Assembly (NCBI GenBank): GCA_027067975.1
Contig: JAMOUS010000112.1
Coordinates: 1-46,667, forward strand
DNA: 46,667 nt
DNA from: Bacteroidales bacterium
Lineage (GTDB): Bacteria > Bacteroidota > Bacteroidia > Bacteroidales > VadinHA17
Direction: 5' to 3'
Translations under genes and position numbers: made by a program
Shown here: piece by piece, positions 38,261-46,667 of the stretch
Layout: every line of letters begins with the position of its first letter
Numbering within the stretch: position 1 is the stretch's first letter
Notes under the pieces: model-generated
The model's database searches: none
Told to the model about the DNA's origin: nothing
What the model saw: only the letters and a program-made list of their open reading frames with translations

Positions 38261-39418
38261 ATGACGGAGAAGCGGATCTGTATATTGGGATCTACCGGTT
38301 CGATCGGTACGCAGACGCTGGAGGTGGTTCGGCGTCATCCCGCTCGTTTCCGGGTCACGGGGCTCACTGCTGGCTCCAATGCCCGTTTGCTGATTGCGCA
38401 GGCGCGTGAGCTATTGCCGGAGAAGGTTGCCATTGGGGACGAAAACAAATATCACGAAGTAAGGGAAGCCCTCGCGGGACGGCCGGTGCAGGTGCTGGCG
38501 GGGGAAGAGGGGATCCGTGAAGTGGCCGGCGACCCTTCGTCGGAGATGGCGGTGGTGGCTTTGGTGGGTTTCTCGGGGTTGTTGCCCACGCTGGCCGCCT
38601 TGGAGGCGGGCAAGGAGATCGCCCTGGCAAACAAGGAGACCCTCGTCGTCGCCGGGGAACTGGTGATGCATAAGGCCCGGGAGAAAGGTGTGACCATCCT
38701 GCCGGTCGACTCCGAGCATTCGGCCGTCTTTCAGTGCCTGATGGGGGAAAGCAAAGCGTCGGTCGAAAAAATCATCCTGACGGCTTCGGGAGGACCTTTC
38801 CTACATTTGGCCGTGGAGGATCTGGAACATGTCACACCCGCTGCGGCCTTGAAACATCCCAACTGGAAGATGGGGAACAAAATCACCATCGACTCGGCTT
38901 CGTTGATGAACAAAGGATTTGAGGTGATCGAGGCCCGCTGGCTTTTTGATATGCCTCCCTCAGCGATCGAAGTGGTGATCCATCCTCAAAGTGTGGTGCA
39001 CTCGATGGTGCAGTTCCGGGACGGGTCGATCAAAGCCCAACTGGGCGACCCCGACATGCGTCTCCCCATCCTGCTGGCCCTTTCCTGGCCGGAACGCCTG
39101 GAATCCCCTTGGGGAGGGCTCGACCTGACAAGACCGGCTGAGCTTACTTTTCTTCCGGCAGATAAGAAAAAATTTCGTAACCTTGCGCTCGCATATGAAG
39201 CCTTGCAAAGGGGAGGAAACATGCCTTGTATCCTCAATGCGGCCAACGAAGTGGCCGTCCGGGCTTTCCTGAAAGGGACGACCGGCTTCCGGAAGATGTC
39301 GGAGATCATGGAACATGCCATGGCAAGGGTTCCCTTCTTGCAGGAGCCTACACTGGACGACCTGATGGAAACCGACCGGCAGGCACGACGGATCGCGGAA
39401 GAATTGATCGGAAAATAA
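38261..39418 (+). CDS. dxr: 1-deoxy-D-xylulose 5-phosphate reductoisomerase
   Basis: 385 aa with ILGSTGSIGTQTL, LANKE, VDSEHSA and NAANE motifs. Confidence 0.97.
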   Translation: MTEKRICILGSTGSIGTQTLEVVRRHPARFRVTGLTAGSNARLLIAQARELLPEKVAIGDENKYHEVREALAGRPVQVLAGEEGIREVAGDPSSEMAVVALVGFSGLLPTLAALEAGKEIALANKETLVVAGELVMHKAREKGVTILPVDSEHSAVFQCLMGESKASVEKIILTASGGPFLHLAVEDLEHVTPAAALKHPNWKMGNKITIDSASLMNKGFEVIEARWLFDMPPSAIEVVIHPQSVVHSMVQFRDGSIKAQLGDPDMRLPILLALSWPERLESPWGGLDLTRPAELTFLPADKKKFRNLALAYEALQRGGNMPCILNAANEVAVRAFLKGTTGFRKMSEIMEHAMARVPFLQEPTLDDLMETDRQARRIAEELIGK

Positions 39419-39436
39419 CGAGCAGAGATAACAAAT

Positions 39437-40762
39437 ATGGATATTCTGGTTAGAGTTACGCAGCTTCTCCTGAGCCTTTCGATCCTGGTGATCCTCCATG
39501 AGATGGGACATTTCATCTTTGCCAAGATCTTCAAGACCAGGGTGGAGAAGTTCTACCTTTTTTTCAATCCCGGTTTTTCCCTTTTTAAGTTCAAAAAGGG
39601 GGAGACGGAATATGGAATAGGTTGGTTGCCTTTGGGGGGATATGTAAAGATTGCGGGGATGATCGATGAGTCGATGGACCGTGAGCAGATGAAACGTCCT
39701 CCGCAGCCTTGGGAGTTCCGGGCCAAGCCTGCCTGGCAGCGTCTGTTGATCATGCTGGGAGGGATCATTGTCAATTTCCTGCTGGCGTTTGTGATCTATA
39801 TTGCGGTGTTGTATGTCTGGGGCGAAGATTATCTTCCCACCGAAAATGTGAAATACGGGATCGTGGTGGATGAGGTGGGACGCCAGATGGGCTTGCAGAA
39901 CGGAGACAAGATCATCGCAGTGGATTCCGAACGGGTGGAAAACTTCAACATGATCCTGCCGGAGATCCTGCTCAACCATGCCCGTACGATCACGGTCGAA
40001 AGGAACGGTCAGCGGATCACGTTACCCATACCCGATTCGATCTTTCCCAAGCTGGTGAAAGGACAGGGGATGATCCAGCCGCGTCTGCCCTTCGACCCAT
40101 TCATCGTTCAAGGTTTTACGAAGCACTCCCCCGGCAGGGCTGCCGGTCTTCAGAAAGGCGACCGGATCGTTGCGGTGGACAGCTTGCATTTTACCTATTA
40201 CGATGAGTTTCGGGAGTATCTGCGACAGCACAGGGGCCAAAAGGTGGTGCTCACCGTCGAACGTGACTCGTCACTGTTGCAGGTGCCGGTGCAGTTGACA
40301 CCGGAAGGGATGATCGGAGTGACAACGGACTTCTCCAACGTCTTCCAGTACCGTCACGTGGATTATTCGTTCTGGGAATCGATCCCGGCGGGAATCCGGA
40401 AGGGGATCAAGACCACAGGGGATTATCTGAAGCAGATGAAACTGCTTTTCCAGCCCCGCACCAAGGCGTACGAATCGGTGGGAGGCTTCATCACCATCGG
40501 CAAGATCTTCCCCACGGTATGGGATTGGCGTTCTTTCTGGACACTGACGGCATTCCTTTCGATCGTGTTGGCGATCATGAATCTGTTGCCGATCCCTGCA
40601 CTGGACGGTGGACATGTCCTGTTCATCCTGTACGAAATGATCACGGGTCGTAAACCGGGGGAGAAATTCCTCGAGTATGCCCAGATCGCCGGGATGCTCT
40701 TTATCTTGGCTTTGTTGTTATACGTCAACGGGAATGATATCATCAAGCTTTTTCATAAATAA
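39437..40762 (+). CDS. rseP: RIP metalloprotease RseP (site-2 protease, M50)
   Basis: 441 aa with HEMGHF (HExxH), PDZ-like middle region and NLLPIPALDGG. The dxr-rseP synteny also fits. Confidence 0.92.
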   Translation: MDILVRVTQLLLSLSILVILHEMGHFIFAKIFKTRVEKFYLFFNPGFSLFKFKKGETEYGIGWLPLGGYVKIAGMIDESMDREQMKRPPQPWEFRAKPAWQRLLIMLGGIIVNFLLAFVIYIAVLYVWGEDYLPTENVKYGIVVDEVGRQMGLQNGDKIIAVDSERVENFNMILPEILLNHARTITVERNGQRITLPIPDSIFPKLVKGQGMIQPRLPFDPFIVQGFTKHSPGRAAGLQKGDRIVAVDSLHFTYYDEFREYLRQHRGQKVVLTVERDSSLLQVPVQLTPEGMIGVTTDFSNVFQYRHVDYSFWESIPAGIRKGIKTTGDYLKQMKLLFQPRTKAYESVGGFITIGKIFPTVWDWRSFWTLTAFLSIVLAIMNLLPIPALDGGHVLFILYEMITGRKPGEKFLEYAQIAGMLFILALLLYVNGNDIIKLFHK

Positions 40763-40832
40763 GGGGGAAGCAGGAACACTTTGGGAAATAATAAGTAACT
40801 TTGTTAGATAGTAACGGATAAAAGTGAAAATC

Positions 40833-41045
40833 ATGACACTGGAGCTGGTTTTAGCAGGATGGTTCGGGCCTACGGAGATCGTCCTGACCCTTTTGATCGT
40901 GGTGTTGTTGTTTGGCGGACGTAAGATCCCCGAGCTGATGCGCGGTCTGGGGCAGGGAATGAAAGAGTTCAAAAAAGCATCCAAGGAGGATCCCGAGCCC
41001 CAGGGGGGCGATGCCCATGCGGAAGGAAGCACGAAAGCTTCATGA
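40833..41045 (+). CDS. tatA: Twin-arginine translocase subunit TatA/E
   Basis: The ATG at 40833 gives [49 protein letters not shown], the typical TatA TM plus amphipathic helix. The track start at 40824 is GTG. A TAACTTTG -7-like box lies at 40796-40803. Confidence 0.9.
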   Translation: MTLELVLAGWFGPTEIVLTLLIVVLLFGGRKIPELMRGLGQGMKEFKKASKEDPEPQGGDAHAEGSTKAS

Positions 41046-41171
41046 TGCAGGTGGGTTTCGGCGCATCCCTTCTGGGAAGATAAAGGAATCAGGCACAGTT
41101 TTTGTGCCGTGGAAGCCGGATCGTGTGCCGAAGAAACAGGGTCCGGAGATGAACCATTAATGGAAGGAAAA

Positions 41172-42173
41172 ATGAAAAAGATCATAATCATAGCTTCTTT
41201 ATTGCTTGCGGTGGTGGCAGGATGCAAGCAAATGAAACAAGGTGAGACGCTACGGCCGAAAGTGTCCGGGTCGGCGGGGGAGGTGCTGGTGGTGGCACCC
41301 GACCATGTGTGGAAAAGCGCTGCGGGTGACACGTTGCGCAAGCTTTTTTCCCAGGAAGTGCCTTTTCTCCCTCAGCCGGAGCCGATGTTCAATGTGTTGC
41401 ATGTTACACCCGCCAACTTTGACAAGATGTTCCATACCCACCGCAATATTCTCTTCATGCGGACGGGCAGTCAGTTCAAGGAGCCTCGGATCTCGGTAAG
41501 TTACGACCGCTGGGCCACCCCGCAACTGCTGATCACCGTCGAAGCACCCAATGTCACGGCCATGGCCGAGGCCCTGCATGAGGGCGGACCCGAGCTGGTG
41601 AAGCGGATCAATGATATGGAGAAAAAGCGGATCGTCGAATATTACAAACACTATCTTGCGACCGACGTATATAACAAGATTAAGGCGAAATATCACATTA
41701 CCCTCGATATTCCCAAAGGTTACACATTGGATGTGGATTCTGCGGACTTTGCCTGGATCTCGAGCGAGACACCCCGCACCAGTCAAGGGATCCTGATCTT
41801 TACGTATCCTTACCGTTCGGATAAGATCTTCAATGTCGACAGTCTGGTGGAGATCCGGGATCGTTTCCTGAAGAAGTATGTTCACGGGCAGATCGAGGGG
41901 ACCTATATGGCCACCGAACGGCGGATCACGCCGGATTTCCGGGCTTTTGAGAAGGACGGGCAATACTATGCCGAGCTGAGAGGATTATGGAAGCTGGAGA
42001 ACGGTTTCATGGGAGGGCCTTTCGTGAGCCTGACCACCGTGGACAAAGCCCGCGGACGGGTGGTGACCGTCGACGGGTATGTGTATGCTCCGGGGCAGAA
42101 AAAAAGGGAACTGATGCGCCAGGTCGAGAGTATCGTCCATTCGTTGAAGATCGTTCCTCCGGCAGGAGAATGA
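41172..42173 (+). CDS. DUF4837-like lipoprotein
   Basis: The ATG at 41172 gives MKKIIIIASLLLAVVAGC (lipobox). Length and pattern resemble the Bacteroidota DUF4837 family, which is a tentative family call. Confidence 0.7.
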   Translation: MKKIIIIASLLLAVVAGCKQMKQGETLRPKVSGSAGEVLVVAPDHVWKSAAGDTLRKLFSQEVPFLPQPEPMFNVLHVTPANFDKMFHTHRNILFMRTGSQFKEPRISVSYDRWATPQLLITVEAPNVTAMAEALHEGGPELVKRINDMEKKRIVEYYKHYLATDVYNKIKAKYHITLDIPKGYTLDVDSADFAWISSETPRTSQGILIFTYPYRSDKIFNVDSLVEIRDRFLKKYVHGQIEGTYMATERRITPDFRAFEKDGQYYAELRGLWKLENGFMGGPFVSLTTVDKARGRVVTVDGYVYAPGQKKRELMRQVESIVHSLKIVPPAGE

Positions 42174-42196
42174 TCCCTCTCCCGGAAAAAGATATT

Positions 42197-42233
42197 GCCA
42201 CTCCCCATGCGGATGAGGAGTGGCTTTTTTTTT
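42197..42233 (+). terminator. Intrinsic terminator after the DUF4837-like gene
   Basis: GCCACTCC (42197-42204) / GGAGTGGC (42217-42224) form an 8-bp stem with a 12-nt loop, followed by T9 (42225-42233). A TACCTTTG -7-like box follows at 42233-42240, ahead of pepA. Confidence 0.8.
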
Positions 42234-42262
42234 ACCTTTGTATGACCTAAACCCGGAAGATC

Positions 42263-43720
42263 ATGTATCATTTCGATATAGTGAAAAAGAAGGCGGCGGA
42301 GGAAGGAATGTCGACCCTCCTCGTGGCTGCTGATATGAAGGTTCTGTCAGAACATCTTTCTGACGAGAAAGAGAAGCTTTTTGTGACCGGCCGTCTGGAA
42401 GAGGGCAAGGAGGGGCATGTGCTGTTGAACCGTTACGACCATTTTTTATGGGTGGTGAAGGTCCCTCAAGAGGGGGAGGTCTGGGAGCGGGCCGAAAAGC
42501 TTCGGAACACGGCTCACCGGGTTGTGGAGGAGATGGCGCATCTTCAGGTGGAGAGGGTGCAGGTGTTGGATGCCGGCGCGGGAGGGGACTACTTGGAGGC
42601 GATCCTTGAAGGTCTTCTTTTGAGTGCTTATCGTTTTGACAAGTACAAGACCTCCAACGGGGATCCTTCCGAGGAGTGTGTGCGGCTCGGGCGTGTGGAG
42701 GTGGTGGCCGGGTCTCTTCCGGCCGGCCGGTTGCAGGAGCTGGCTACGGTGGTGCGGGCGGTAGGTTATGCTCGTGATCTGGTGAACGAGCCTGTGTCGT
42801 GGCTCAACGCCGTACGTCTGGCCGAGTCGTTCGAAGCCCTTGGGCGGGAGGCCGGTTTTTCGGTGGAGGTGTTCCACAAGCAGAAGATCGAGGCCATGCG
42901 GATGGGAGGGTTGCTGGCCGTCAACCGCGGCAGCATCGATCCGCCCACCTTCACGGTGATGGAGTGGAAGCCGGAAAATGCTGTGAACGACAAACCGATC
43001 GTTCTGGTGGGTAAAGGGGTGGTGTTCGATACGGGGGGGCTGAGCCTCAAGCCCACCAAGGACAGCATGGACCAGATGAAGTCGGACATGGCGGGGGCCG
43101 CCGCCGTGGGAGCGGCCATGTATGCCCTGGCAGCCAACAAGGTGCCGTGCCATGTGATCGCCCTGGTGCCGGCCACTGACAACCGGCCCGACGGGAATGC
43201 CTATACGCCCGGCGACGTGGTGAAAATGTATGACGGTACCACGGTCGAGGTGCTGAACACCGATGCCGAAGGGCGTATGATCCTTGCCGATGCTTTGGCG
43301 TATGCAAAACAGTTCGATCCGGAGTTGGTCGTGGAACTTTCCACCCTCACAGGGGCAGCGGCGGTAGCCATCGGAAAATACGGGATCGTGGGAATGGGCA
43401 CCGCCCCGGAAAATGAGTTCGAAGCCCTGGAGGAGAGCGGCCGCCGTACCTATGAACGGGTCGTACGTTTCCCTTTTTGGGATGAATACAAAGAGCTGCT
43501 CAAATCCGATATCGCCGATATGAAAAATATCGGCGGTCGGGAGGCAGGAGCCATCACTGCAGGGAAATTCCTTGAGCATTTCACGGATTATCCGTATATC
43601 CATCTGGACATTGCCGGGCCGGCTTTTGTACCGGGCAACAACTCATACAAGGGCAAAGGCGGTACCGGCGTGGGGGTGCGGCTGCTGTACGACCTGCTAC
43701 GGCACCGTTGCGGGAAGTGA
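42263..43720 (+). CDS. pepA: Leucyl aminopeptidase (M17)
   Basis: 485 aa with the M17 signature NTDAEGRMILADAL and VGKGVVFDTGG. Confidence 0.93.
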   Translation: MYHFDIVKKKAAEEGMSTLLVAADMKVLSEHLSDEKEKLFVTGRLEEGKEGHVLLNRYDHFLWVVKVPQEGEVWERAEKLRNTAHRVVEEMAHLQVERVQVLDAGAGGDYLEAILEGLLLSAYRFDKYKTSNGDPSEECVRLGRVEVVAGSLPAGRLQELATVVRAVGYARDLVNEPVSWLNAVRLAESFEALGREAGFSVEVFHKQKIEAMRMGGLLAVNRGSIDPPTFTVMEWKPENAVNDKPIVLVGKGVVFDTGGLSLKPTKDSMDQMKSDMAGAAAVGAAMYALAANKVPCHVIALVPATDNRPDGNAYTPGDVVKMYDGTTVEVLNTDAEGRMILADALAYAKQFDPELVVELSTLTGAAAVAIGKYGIVGMGTAPENEFEALEESGRRTYERVVRFPFWDEYKELLKSDIADMKNIGGREAGAITAGKFLEHFTDYPYIHLDIAGPAFVPGNNSYKGKGGTGVGVRLLYDLLRHRCGK

Positions 43721-43740
43721 CCATCCAAATTTGAAAGAGC

Positions 43741-44793
43741 ATGGCAGAGAAAAAGATAAAAGTAGGGATCACCCACGGAGACATCAACGGGATCAGTTAC
43801 GAGGTGATCATCAAAACGCTGATGGATCCCCGCATTTTGGAGTTGTGTACGCCGGTGGTGTATGGTTCTCCGAAGGTGGCGGCATATCACCGGAAGGTGT
43901 TGAATATCAATAATTTCAGTTTTAATCATATTCGGTCGGCTTCGGAGGCCAATCCGCGGCGGGCGAACATCATCAATTGTGTGAGCGATGATGTGCGGGT
44001 GGATCTGGGCAAGCCTTCGCGGGAGGCGGGGCAGGCGGCTCTGGCAGCGCTGCAGCGGGCTATCGCCGACTTGCAGGACAACCTGATCGATGTTCTGGTG
44101 ACGGCGCCGATGAACAAGGCGACGATCCATTCGGAGGAGTTTCCCTTTCCAGGACATACCGAGTACATTGAGCAGTCGTTCGGTGAGACGGGCGACAGCC
44201 TGATGATGATGGTGGGGGAGCGGTTGCGGGTGGCATTGGTGACGACGCACCTGCCGATTGCCGAGGTGCCCGAACAGATCACAGCGGGGAAGGTATATGC
44301 CAAGGCCCGCACGTTGGAGGAGTCGCTCATGCGCGATTTCGGCATCCGCAAACCCCGGATCGCCGTGTTGGGATTGAACCCTCATGCGGGAGAGAGCGGG
44401 CTGCTCGGCAGGGAAGAAGAAGAGCAGATTATTCCTGCCATTCGGCGCCTCCGGGAAGAGAACCGTCTCGTATTCGGGCCTTATCCTGCCGACGGTTTCT
44501 TCGGGGCGGGAGATTTTGCCCGCTTCGACGCAGTGTTGGCGATGTATCACGACCAGGGGCTGACCCCTTTCAAGTCGATCTGTTTCGAACGGGGTGTCAA
44601 TTTCACCGCCGGCTTGCCGGTGGTGCGCACCTCCCCCGACCATGGTACGGCCTATGAGCTGGCAGGAAAAGGGAAAGCGTCGCCCGACTCATTCCGCCAG
44701 GCGCTTTATCTGGCTCTCGATATCTACCGGAACCGGCAGATGCACGATGAGCTCACAGCCAATGCCCTGGCCGATGCCGAAGAGGAAGAGTAA
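43741..44793 (+). CDS. pdxA: 4-hydroxythreonine-4-phosphate dehydrogenase
   Basis: 350 aa with ITHGDINGISYEV, GHTEY, GLNPHAGE and SPDHGTA motifs. Confidence 0.95.
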   Translation: MAEKKIKVGITHGDINGISYEVIIKTLMDPRILELCTPVVYGSPKVAAYHRKVLNINNFSFNHIRSASEANPRRANIINCVSDDVRVDLGKPSREAGQAALAALQRAIADLQDNLIDVLVTAPMNKATIHSEEFPFPGHTEYIEQSFGETGDSLMMMVGERLRVALVTTHLPIAEVPEQITAGKVYAKARTLEESLMRDFGIRKPRIAVLGLNPHAGESGLLGREEEEQIIPAIRRLREENRLVFGPYPADGFFGAGDFARFDAVLAMYHDQGLTPFKSICFERGVNFTAGLPVVRTSPDHGTAYELAGKGKASPDSFRQALYLALDIYRNRQMHDELTANALADAEEEE

Positions 44794-44801
44794 GATCAAT
44801 T

Positions 44802-45383
44802 ATGTTTGAATATCTCAAGGGAAAAATCACCGACCTGGCGCCCACCTATGTGGTGGTGGAAACCGGCAGTATCGGCTTCCATCTGAACATTTCTCTCACC
44901 ACCTATACGCATATCAAAGACCGGCAGGAGGTGCAGTTGTATGTGCATCATGTCATTCGGGAGGATGCCCATCTGTTGTTCGGGTTTTACGATCCGGCCG
45001 AGCGGGAGCTTTTCCGGCAGCTGGTGAGTGTTTCGGGTATCGGGGCCAACACGGCGCGGCTGATCCTTTCGTCTTTGGGCCCCGACGATCTGCGCAGAGC
45101 CATTGTGTCGGAGAACGTCGCCCTGCTGCAGGGCATCAAAGGCATTGGTGCCAAAACGGCACAACGGGTTATCGTCGACCTGCGCGACAAAGTGGGAAAA
45201 GTGCCTGCGGAAGGTGAGATTTTGGTTCCCCAAGACAATAGCATAATGGAAGAATCGTTATCTGCATTGGTGACCTTGGGCTTCCCCAAAGCCCGGGTGA
45301 AGAAGGTGGTGGAGAAGATCATGCAGGGCGGTCCGTCCCTGCCTGTGGAGGAGATCGTCAAAGAAGCTTTGAAGGTGTTGTAG
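44802..45383 (+). CDS. ruvA: Holliday junction branch migration complex subunit RuvA
   Basis: 193 aa with MFEYLKGKI at the N-terminus and HhH motifs (VSGIGANTA, IKGIGAKTA). Confidence 0.95.
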   Translation: MFEYLKGKITDLAPTYVVVETGSIGFHLNISLTTYTHIKDRQEVQLYVHHVIREDAHLLFGFYDPAERELFRQLVSVSGIGANTARLILSSLGPDDLRRAIVSENVALLQGIKGIGAKTAQRVIVDLRDKVGKVPAEGEILVPQDNSIMEESLSALVTLGFPKARVKKVVEKIMQGGPSLPVEEIVKEALKVL

Positions 45384-45403
45384 GATATTCAAACTCTTCC
45401 CTG

Positions 45404-46667
45404 TTGGATAAAACGAATAAATATGCATTTGTTCTGTTGTCCGCGTTTCTGTTCCTTTTGCAGGGAGGGGTTCTGTTTTCCCAGGTGAGTACGGCGACTT
45501 CCGACACCGCGCGGACGGGTCGGGTGCCGTTGCGTTATCCATTCCGTGACGAGGGAGTGGTGCCTTCGCTCAATCCTTCCACGTCGGGCCTTTACCTTCG
45601 CTTGCCTTCGAACATCCAACGCACCATAGAGTACGATCCCGAGACCAACCAATACATCATCTATGAGAAAATGGGGGATCTGAATTACCGTCTCCCCATT
45701 GTGATGACACCGGAGCAGTTTCGCAAGTGGCAGTATGATGAGGCGATGCGGCAATACTGGCGGGAGAAGGCCAGCGGGAATGCGGTGAGCTACCGCTCCT
45801 CGCTCATTCCCAAGCTGTACGTGGGCGGAGAAGCCTTCGACCGCATCTTCGGCAGCAACACGGTCAACATCGTCCCGCAGGGATCGGCCGAACTGATCTT
45901 CGGCATCAACACTTCCCGGATTGACAACCCTGCCCTTTCGGAGAAACTTCGCAAGGTGACCACTTTCGATTTCAAGGAGAAGATCCAGATGAACGTCTCG
46001 GGAACGGTCGGGGACAAACTGAAGCTGGGGATCAATTACAATACCGAGGCCACTTTCGATTTTGAGAACCAGGTGAAGCTGGAATATACGGGCAAAGAGG
46101 ATGAGATCATCAAGAAGATCGAGGCGGGGAACATCAACTTTCCTTTGAACGGGACACTCATCAGTGGCAGTCAAAGCCTTTTCGGCCTGAAAACCGAACT
46201 GCAGTTCGGGAAGCTGACTGTCACAAGTGTCTTTTCCCAACAAAAGGGACAAACCTCCGAGATCGAGGTGAAGGGAGGAGCCCAGATCCAGGAGTTTGAG
46301 GTGGAGGCCGATGATTATGAAGCCAACAAGCACTTTTTCCTCTCGCAATATTTCCGTGACCAATACGACCGGGCCCTGGCCCACCTGCCGGTGATCAACT
46401 CCGACATCGTCATCCAGCGGGTGGAAGTATGGGTGACCAACAAGACCAACCGTTTTGAAAATTCCCGGAACATTGTGGCTTTCCAGGACCTGGGGGAGGG
46501 ACAGAAGCACATCTATAACGATATCCCGGCATTTCAGCAGACCGGCCAGGGGCCCTATCCTTCGAACGACCTGAACGGCCTGTACCAGGAGATGAATACC
46601 ACGTACAGCGGCATCCGGGATATCAGTCAGGTGACGCAGACCTTGGGCGTGCTCGATCCCGATTTTG
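45404..46667 (+). CDS. sprA: T9SS/gliding cell-surface protein SprA, N-terminal part (continues past the window)
   Basis: This gene is not in the ORF track because it has no stop in the window. My own translation of the frame containing 45482 gives ...VPLRYPFRDEG...LYLRLPSNIQRTIEYDPETNQYIIYEKMGDLNYRLP...ANKHFFLSQYFRDQYDRAL...VEVWVTNK, which is typical SprA. There is no in-frame ATG. The best candidate start is TTG at 45404, which yields a signal-like LDKTNKYAFVLLSAFLFLL. Confidence 0.85.
   Translation, partial: MDKTNKYAFVLLSAFLFLLQGGVLFSQVSTATSDTARTGRVPLRYPFRDEGVVPSLNPSTSGLYLRLPSNIQRTIEYDPETNQYIIYEKMGDLNYRLPIVMTPEQFRKWQYDEAMRQYWREKASGNAVSYRSSLIPKLYVGGEAFDRIFGSNTVNIVPQGSAELIFGINTSRIDNPALSEKLRKVTTFDFKEKIQMNVSGTVGDKLKLGINYNTEATFDFENQVKLEYTGKEDEIIKKIEAGNINFPLNGTLISGSQSLFGLKTELQFGKLTVTSVFSQQKGQTSEIEVKGGAQIQEFEVEADDYEANKHFFLSQYFRDQYDRALAHLPVINSDIVIQRVEVWVTNKTNRFENSRNIVAFQDLGEGQKHIYNDIPAFQQTGQGPYPSNDLNGLYQEMNTTYSGIRDISQVTQTLGVLDPDF

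Overview
The window reads as a chromosomal, mostly housekeeping segment of a fairly GC-rich Bacteroidota genome. This placement rests on TTTG/TAnnTTTG-type promoter boxes, many lipoprotein signal peptides, the T9SS gene sprA, and GH97 and DUF4837-type genes. I can support about 47 protein genes. They include the ahcY 3' end, greA, ruvC, serS, rpmA-rplU, a nucleoside transporter/GH97 cluster, thyA-folA, a complete trpEGDCFBA operon and tig-clpP-clpX. Also present are tatC-lptB, recQ, dxr-rseP, tatA, pepA, pdxA, ruvA and the sprA 5' part, plus two tRNAs: Leu-TAG and an initiator-type Met-CAT. I see no CRISPR array, transposase, integrase, phage gene or recognisable defence system. The best hidden signal is in the 191-nt gap between clpX and trpE. 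It holds an ORF too short for the track (19 codons, with three consecutive Trp codons), its own promoter-like boxes, and a terminator with a competing antiterminator pairing, which together look like a classic ribosome-mediated trp attenuator. Other points worth a second look follow. A one-gene AT-rich island encodes an orphan 1015-aa propeller/Y_Y_Y/LytS-type histidine kinase. Three 12-bp-phased copies of the palindrome GCTACGTAG sit in a convergent gap. An extremely Lys-rich secreted protein overlaps a charged membrane-anchored protein. L21 and TatC both carry long low-complexity tails. Most long ORFs on the opposite strand of these genes are GC-driven shadow ORFs and I rejected them.
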